A DNA stretch of 63,894 nt, the filler included, from Salisapilia sapeloensis CBS 127946 (Eukaryota > Protista > Oomycota): NCBI GenBank assembly GCA_023334545.1. It is 10 parts of 10 records of this genome, joined end to end, with 100 filler letters (N's around TTAATTAATTAA, not from the genome) between each part and the next. Parts side by side here need not be neighbours in the genome. Positions count along the whole stretch, not along the records: positions 14,745 to 40,459 come from JAADVB010000246.1; 9 more parts are not named here. One strand, given 5' to 3'. The position numbers and the translations under genes were made by a program. Under the pieces are notes generated by a model, which worked only from the letters and a program-made list of their open reading frames with translations, made no database searches and had not been told where the DNA came from. How positions within the stretch are numbered: the stretch's first letter is position 1; the number at the start of each line of letters is the position of its first letter. Of this stretch, positions 21,501 to 30,500 are shown piece after piece.

Positions 21501-24500
21501 CACTCGAGATGCGTCCATCGCGACGTACGTGGGGGGAGATCGCCATGGCTGGGGACTCATTGGCACGAGAGCGCTGTGGCACAACCGGAGTAAGGTCCGT
21601 GGGGACTACGGTGAAGAGTTCAACACCGGCAGCACCGTCCGCGTGCGTCTGAATACGGACAGCGGTGCTCTGTCGTTTGGCGTGGACGACAGTGACTGGG
21701 GCATTGCCTTTGACGGACTAACGCAGCATGGAACCTTGTACCCTGCCATCGGTCTCTACCAGCGAGACGACCAGGTGACGATTCTTCCGGTGGAGCAGCC
21801 AGAGGAAGCGCCGGTGGAGGACGGAGCTAGCTCTAGCGCCACAGTCGTTCCGGCTGTCATGAAGCCCTTCCTGCACTACTCTGGCCACTTGCTCGAGTCC
21901 TGCACCGAGTTCCTCGAGAGCAACGAGGTGAATGACATGGTGTCGACTCTGTCGGACGCGAACGATCTCGAGAGACTGCATGAAGCGACGTCGAGTCACC
22001 CGTCTCTACTGCCACTAGCACTCCCGCTCTTGAGTTCCTTGAGTCTAATCAAGAACTTCTATGGCTTAGGATCGACACTGGCCATGCAGTTCGTTCCGTG
22101 GTGCAGCAAGCTCACACAGACGCTGGATAGTGTCACGCAGGCAGTCAAGACCCTACAGACGTCGACGGTGGATGCTCCGAGTCATTATGACGACCTGTCG
22201 ATTCAAGTCGCAGGCGAGTGGGAGCTCAAGAGCGTCGCGGCAGCGAACATCCCGGCGCAGCAGTATCGACTGACGCTGACGCAGAATCCGGACGGATCGG
22301 TCTTTGGCCGCAGCTCTGGCTCCTTCACGTCCGTCACGCTCAACGGCATCGTTCGAGGCACCAAGATCTGCTTTGTCGAGACGTGGGGACAGGGAGGCAC
22401 TTGCCTCGTGGAGGGACGGCTCAAGAGCGACGGAAGTGGGTTCAGCGGGAGCTACGAGGACGCCAAGAGTCGCACGTGTGGAAGTATCTCTGGCACCAAG
22501 GTCCAGGAGGAGGGAGCAGACAAGACGACTGTGCTCCCGTACTCTAAGTCGAATGGGCTGGTGCTCCTGGAGGTAGTGGCAGCGAATCTGCTCGGATACT
22601 TTGGCAGTATCTTGACGAAGGGAGAGAAGAACGACCTGCTCTTATCCGGTATGAAGCTCAACGCCCAGTCGACCCATGCTCTAGCGTCCGACGAAGTCTC
22701 GACGTCGGATCAGGACGCAGATGACGATGCATCGGACGACTCGAGCGACGCGTATGAAGAGTGGATCTGCACGCAGCTCCTGTCCGGAGGTCTGCCTCTC
22801 TCGTCTGTCCAGTCGCATCTGAAGCAGTTACTATCCCAAGCGCATACGCTCACCGGTCTCTCCTCAGACGTCTCTCTTGCCCTCCTGGAGACGTCTTGCA
22901 AGACGTGGGAGTCTGCCGTTACGCCCTCCAGTCTCTCTGCGCCTCTCCCGACGACCGGAGAGTTGGAATGCACAACGCCAGGCACCGGTCTCTCCGACCA
23001 TGTGCTCCAGGACCTCATCCAGAACCGGGGGGAAGCAGCGCTGGCGGACCAGTGGATCTCGAAGCACGTGGGCGAGTCGCTCGTCCTACGTCGACTGGGT
23101 GAAGCCATGAAGATCGCTCGTCGCGCCGTCTGCGCAGCCATGCTCTGGCACAGCGGATACCTGTCGCTCTTCTGCAAGGTGTGTGGCACGACGCCCGAGG
23201 GCGGCAGTCTGCTCGAGAGCGAGATGCGTCCGCACGAGAACCTGATGCACATTTGGCGAGCAGCTCAGCGCGTGACAGAGTGGGCGATCCGAGCCAAGAA
23301 CTCGATGGGATCCACTTACCCTGTGGTGGCAGGTCTGGTCATCCGAAAGGCAGAGTTCTTGCTGCAAGTAGAACCGAGTGCCAAGGCACTCGCAGCCGCG
23401 TCGGCTGTGACGGCCTTGACGACGGCCGATACGCTCCAGGGATCTGCCCAGTCGGCCATGAGCTCCTCCAAGTCGGCTGTCTACGACCATGCCGAGCGCA
23501 TCTCGAGCGAAGTACTGATGGAGACGTCTCGATTCCTCCAGTCATCTGTCCGCGTGTCGACGCTCCAGACGCGTATGCTCCGGAATGCTGCCAGAGCCTT
23601 CTTACGAACGATGGGACTGCTGTCCTTCCGACACTTTGTAGGCGACGCAGGTCGAGGGGCATCGACCAAGGCGAGCGTCAAGTCTTCTCTGGCGCTCTCG
23701 ACCGTCTTCCAGTGGCTCACGCAGTCCACTCCGAGTCGAGCCAGCGTCCTGTCTAGCTCGAAACACAGCTTTGCGTCTGTGTCGACTCGAGAAGGCAGCA
23801 CGTCGCACTACTTTCGAGGTCTCGGAGGCTGTGGAAAAGCTCTACGGAGCGATCTGAGAGAAGCCTTTGAGGCTTTGTACGGATACCTTAGCGCCTCCCT
23901 CTCCCGTGCGACTTGGGGACACGACAAGGACCTGCAGCTCACGATCCTGCAGTCGTGGGGCGTCGTCATCGAACCGGATGACCACGCCTTCCTCTCTCGC
24001 GTCGGCATCTTCCGAGTACTCCAGAGAGTACTGGATGAAGCTCGAGCTCCTGCTGCGGAAGGGGAGGCGCCTGCACCTGCGAACGACGGACCGGAGCACA
24101 ACTTTATCCTGGACTCGAAGAAGAAGATCGTCCAGGCGGCGCTTAAGGTCGTCCACTTGTTGGCGGCGCAGGTGGCCCAAGCAGGCGACGCGTCGGACAA
24201 TCTCCTGACGTCGTCTGACCTGGCGGCACTCCCAGGCGCAGCCATGGGATCCATCCCTCTCCTGCGCAAACCTTCTGGTCCCGAGACGCTGGGCAAGTCT
24301 GTCTTCCACATGCTCTTCACGGAGCTCAAGAATGCGCTGCTGGAGGTCCAGTCCGGCGCAGACGAAGGCAGAGAAGACGTTGCGGCCATGGAGCCTCTGG
24401 ACGCGTCGAAAGACCCGAGTGTCGATCTCTCGGATCGCAGCACGTCTGGGCTGAATGATGCAGCAGAGTACTGCTACCAGATCTGCTCTCTATTGTACTC

Positions 24501-27500
24501 TGTGAGTGGATCGCCTGTGTGTCGATCGCACTTGTCGTCGTCTCGATGGCTACGACTGCTTCTGTCGCTTGTCGATGTGGACTCCACGCAGACGAGACGT
24601 CGCGTCCTGAAGCTCCTGAGGAGGTTGCTACCAGAGCTCGATCCTGCTTCTATCCGAGTGCACGTGGGAGACATTGGAGAGCTCGAGTGGGATAGTGACG
24701 AAGATGTGGATGTCGATGTGGACACGGAGGAAGACGCTGCGTCGGAGCTTATTAGGTTCTTCATCCGAATCATCGGGCTGAAACACCCGCCGAGTCTGGC
24801 AGAGCTCATGCTGGCCAAGGCGGAAGGCGTGGAGCAGTCGGACATGGAGACCGACTCGCCTCTGGTCCTTCGGAACACGAGTAACGTCGACGACCTCGCG
24901 TCAGACGTCGTCCTGCTGCTTCGATCTCTCTACAAGGCACCCAAGTGGGCTTCGTATCTGAATGAAGCGCTCGTCAAGGCGCTGTCGACCATCCCTCGAG
25001 AAGAATTTGGTGCGCCGACGTCTGAAGACGCAGACATGGAGACGGAGGACAAGTCACGAGAGACGCCAACTCTCCAAGCGTACAAGGACCGAGTCCAGAC
25101 GTACCTGAACGCCCTGTCGTCCTTGTGTGTACTCGACGGACACATCGAAGGGCTGCATGTGGGTGCGACGGTCAAGATCATGCCTCGATCCGGCTCTGCA
25201 CTGCAGGAAGTCGCGTTCCGAGGCGCCAAGGCCGTCGTGGTGTCGTACGAGCCGGAGAAGTCGGTGGCAGAAGTCCTCCTGCGCACACGTCAGTCGGCGG
25301 ATGACGAGAAGGAGTCGCAGCAGGCGATTGCGGCCAACATGCTTCCGACGCGACCGATCCGCGTCCCGATCGACGACTTGTTTCCGGTGCCAGAGATCGA
25401 GCTGGATGTCCACGTCTTCTCGGACCAGGTGCTCGAGTCGTTGCTGGTGAAGCAAGTGCCCTTGTTCCTAGGAGAAGTGCAGAAGAGTCTGGAGGAGATC
25501 CAGTCGGAGGACGACGGGAACGACGTCCACGTGACTGCAGATGAGGACAGCGAGGAGGACGACGACATGTCCCACGACGGATCTTCCTCCTCTCCTTCCC
25601 CCGGCATGGACATGTCGACGGAAGACGCGGTTGCAGAGGACTCGGAGGCAGAGTCGGAGATGGCAGGGACTTCTCCTCGCGCGCAGGGGAAAGAGGACAG
25701 GGCGCAGTCGTCTGCCGATGCCATCGGGACCGACCCCAACAGCATCCTGGAGGAAGCTGATCGAGAAGCGAGGCTGTCGCGCATGCTCCTGTGTCAGCAC
25801 GGCATTCGCGCTGCTGCTAGTTTCTTAAAAGACGAACGCTGTGCCTCCACCTTTATCCGAGGCGTCGGTCCTGCCGGTCTCATCGACCTCCTGAACGTCG
25901 CGGTGTCTGAGACGCCCACGGCGGCGGGTATCAGCGACATCTCGACACTGGAAGAGAGCTGGACCGTCCTCTGGTCTCGATGGCAACGCATCCGGGCAGC
26001 CTACGCGACTGCTAGCGACGGCGAGTCCAAGGAGAGCAGCACGCCAGAGCAGACGGAGGAAGAGGCGTCTGGCGGCGCTCCGTCGCCCATGATCCAGCAG
26101 ATGATGGAGATGGGCTTCCCCAAGGAATGGTGCGAAGTCGCACTCGCGCGCTGCTCCCACAACGTCGAGGCGGCTATCAACTTTTGCTTTGAGCACAGCA
26201 GCGACATGGAGCGACTGCTGCAGCAGCACAAGACGCTGCAGGCGAGTCGTGGCGCCAGGAGCCAGAAGAAGAGCGAGGCGGAGGCCATCAGTCCGCTGCT
26301 GGAGCAACTGTCCGAGATGGGGTTCCCGCTCAACTGGTGCAAGAAGGCGCTCGCTGCGAATCGGAACAATGTCGACGCAGCGCTGACGTGGATCCTGTCG
26401 AACGGAGAAGCACTCGAGGCGGAGGATCGGCGGGAGGAAGAGGCCAAGGCCGATGGGTCGGACGACAAGGCGGCGGAGGAGGAGGACGCGGCCAAGCCAG
26501 AGGAGCCGTTGAAACCGAATCCGCTGCGCTGTGTGAGTGGCCAGGCGTCTATCGGAGAGCGAGATATGATGGTGGAGGGACTAGTCGGTGGCGGCTTTGC
26601 CAGCGTCGGAGCGCCCGACTGCCTCGTCTCCTCTGGGCGGTGGTACTATGAAGCTACCCTGCACACCAACGGTTGCATCCAGATCGGATGGGCGGATGCT
26701 GCGTTTAGTGGCGCAGCAGATCGAGGTGATGGCGTAGGCGACGGCATCCACTCGTGGTCGTACGACGGCTGGAGGCAGCAAAAGTGGCACGGACAGTCGT
26801 CTCCGTGGGGATCCAAGTGGAAGAATGGAGATGTGGTCGGCTGTGGCGTGGATGCCGACGCCGGGGCCATCATCTTTACGCTCAATGGCAAGATGAAGAG
26901 CGTGAACATGGGCATCGCCTTCCGCGCCGTCGACTTTGCGCGAGGGCTGTACCCGTGCGCGTCGTTTAATCGGAAGGAGAAACTCCAGTTCAACCTCGGC
27001 GGTTCGGACTTTACGTACCCTCCTCCGCCTGGCTTCCGACCTATCCTAGAGGCCATGCGGACGCAAGAGCAAGATCTTCCGCTCGGCTTCAACGTTATCG
27101 GATGCAGAGCAGACCACTTGGAGGAGTGTATCGGAGAGGAGAGCTACGCGAGCGACTCTCGCTACTTTAGTCGAGACATGCATCCGTTCCTGCCGAGAGG
27201 ATCGTCTTCCCACAGTCGCAACAGTGGTCTGACGACTGGCGGGAGTGGCGCCAAGGCGGATGCCGTTGCAGAGCTGAGAGCTGTACCCGACGATCGTGTG
27301 TACATGGAGCTGCTGCTGGTGACGCGGTCGCTGGCGATTTTACAGGCACGTCGCGCGTTGCTGACGCTGCTGGCCAAATGGCCTCGGGACGACGTGGGCG
27401 ACTTTACCATCGGGTCGTTCCTACGAGACGCCCAGACGTCGGTCATGGACGGCGCGTATAGCCAGTTCCTGGACTTTGTCAAGCTCCTCGCTGGCCTGAA

Positions 27501-30500
27501 CGGACACCACACGTACATCACGGCACCGTCCCCTCCGTTGACGCTTCCGGAGAGCGACGTGACGCATCTGCTAGACTGTGGAGCAACTGGACGCTGCGCT
27601 CTGGGACTACTGTCGTCCGTCACGCGCAGTGGCATCCGCAGCGCTTTGACTGCACTCGCGGCGGATGCGACTGGGACGGACGTGGACTCTGCGTCCGATC
27701 CCCTCGTCCGCGTCGTCCTCGAGAGCATCGCGAGCGAAGTGAAGAGAGCTGCTCTGCGGGACTATGCGCGTATCCCGTGGGACTCTTCTGACGCAGCGGT
27801 GACGGCGAGCTTCTTGCAGCTGACGGCCGAGGCCGGACAGCCGTGGTCGGACAAGGAAGTGCTTGGTCATCCGAACTTGTTCCTGGCGGAGTGGATCAGC
27901 AACTTGCTTACTGATGCACTGACGGATCAGGAGGCTCATGTCGGTCGCAAGGTGCAGGTGCAAGTGCGTCGACGACTGCTGGAGGCATGGAGCGAGGCGC
28001 TCAAGTCTCCCAGTATGGTCGTGAAGGAGCGAGGTGCGACGATCTTGGCTGGTCTGCTGCAGGACACGCTGCCGCTGGAGGCTGACGTGGTGGATGGCGA
28101 CATGGCGGACGTCCTGCGTAGTGTCCTCGATGCTCTCCCGATGAAGCGACTGGCGAGTCTGTCCCAAGACCGACTCTTGAAGGAGTATGCCAACGTGCCG
28201 GTGGTGAGCAAGTACCTCCAGAGCATCGTGGAGCTCCTGTCGTCTGCTTGTCTGGCGCAAAAGACGATCGGAGGAGACCTCACTCAAGTGCTCTTTGACG
28301 ACAGTGCCACGACGTGTGCTGCCGCCTGTAAGCAGCTAGAAGACGATCTGCATCCGTTGAACGAGGCAGAATACAGGCAAGCGGAGGAGGAGAGAGCTGC
28401 TCGGATGATGGACAAGGCAGACAAGCTCCAGCAGGAGGAAGAGGCCAAGGCGCTGTCGGCAGAAGACGCTCGTGCTAGTCAGGACTCTTGCATGGACGGC
28501 ACCGAGGCGACCAACATGGAGATCGAGGTGAGCGACGCAGAGGAAGCGCCGGACGTGACGCTCTCATCCATCGCCAACATGGTGTCGGAGGACAGCGACG
28601 TGGTGGCGGCTGCTTCGGCCATCACCAGCGCGCGTGCTCCTGCGACGCTTGTCCGTTCCGGCAAGAAGGTGGAGAGCGAAAAGTCTCTGGAAGAGCTCAA
28701 GGCGAGCTTTGACGTGATGGAGCAGGCGCTGACGACGGACACGAGTATGCTGACGGAGGACGAGGAGCAGATGCTCCAGGCAGCCCAGAGAGGCGTCATG
28801 GGTCAGGACCATACCTGGAAGTACGGGAACGAGGTGGGCGTGCTGTCCGACACGCAGACGCAGATGTGGGGAGGTGTTTTGACGCAGTTCAAGGTGCCGG
28901 TGGTGTCGGACGCCGAGGCGGAGCCGGAGCTGACGGTCGGCTGTCGCGTCGTCCGAGGCCCGGACTGGAAGTGGAGGGATCAAGATGGAGGAGATGGCAG
29001 CGTCGGCGTCGTGGAAGGCGTGTCGCCCTGGAGCGGTGTCGAAGGAGAAGGCATGTCGGTGCGTTGGCCGAACGACTCCTTGTACACGTACCGCTGGGGC
29101 GCCGACGGTAACTACGACCTGGTGCACGTGGATGTGGATGAGGACGGGAACGTTGTGAAGAGACACCCGACGCCTCGGTCGTCTTCAGATGACACGGGGC
29201 CGTTTAGCTCGGAGCTGCATCTAGGTGTCATCCTCCACCTCTTTAGCGACGACACATCTAGCTCCAAGGTGAGCGCCATCTTCGAGTGGCCAGACTACAA
29301 TGCCGCAGCCTACGCGGTCGGCAGCAAATCTGTGGATGGAGATCTATGTCTCCAGGAGCTGCAGCTGGTCCGAGGGAACGTCGACATGGGCTGGTCGATG
29401 CGTTTTGGGACGGAGAAGTGGCAGCCTGGGACAAAGTTCTGGCTGCATCCAGTCAAGGAGGACGAGAGCGGTCCGGTCGAGAGCATGGCGGGAGAGTTCA
29501 CCCATGAAGCCTACCGCCGAGGACAGGTCATCCAGGTCGCTGGGCAAGTGCAAGTGTCTAGGAAGACGCTCTTCCGTCTAGACGAGCATCAGCACCACCC
29601 GACGCTTGCGATCTCGGACGAAGGCATGACTGTCACGTGCGGAGGAGGTGAGTCGAGAAACTTGGTGCTCGGCACCGTCGGCTTCGCATCCGGCGTGCAC
29701 TACTGGGAGGTGCGAGTGGACCAGGCCGACTTCGGCAGTGTCTTCATCGGCGTGTGCGAGAAGGCGGGTCCACCAGGGTCCCAGGCCGCTCTCTCGAGTC
29801 GTCTCAATCGCTGGCACGGCTGGGGCTTCGTCAACTTCCGAGCGACTTTCCACAACTCGACGGAGCGCATCTACGGAGACCACTTCAACGCTGGAGACAC
29901 GATCGGCGTCCGTCTCGACATGGACAAGGGCAAGCTCTCGTTCTTTATGGACGGAAGCAAGTTCGGAGAGCACATCGTTGCTGATCTCGGCGTCGCCTTT
30001 GAGAACATGAAGACCGAGAGAGCTTCCAGGACGCTGTACCCGTGCATTGGTATGCGCAAGGCGGGGGATCGAGTGGCTCTCAATGGCAAGTGGCTGTCCA
30101 AGCCAGGCGTGTCTCCTCGTCGTGGACTGCAGGACGCTCTGGACGTCGGCGACTGTCTCCACGCGTGGTTCCGCGCGTGTCAGACGGACGTTGCTGGCTC
30201 TGCGGTGGATCAGGAGGCTGCTGCTGCTGCCTCCACGACGCCCGTGGACCTTCCGGAGCGTCTGCTGGAAGAGAGCTACAGTGAGTGGAAGCGCTGGTGC
30301 GAAAACAAGTGGCAGCGGACACTCATCCGACCCAGAGGAGTGCTCGTCGACCTGGACGTATCTCCTGCGGCGTGTGTGGAGGTGAGCAAGGCCGCGGGGC
30401 TTGTGGCGCCGTTCCTGGCTGGAGACCGCGTCCAGATGGTGTCCAAGTGCGGTCGGGAGTTCAACCAGCCGGACGAAGCGGTCGTCTTGGGTGTCTACCG

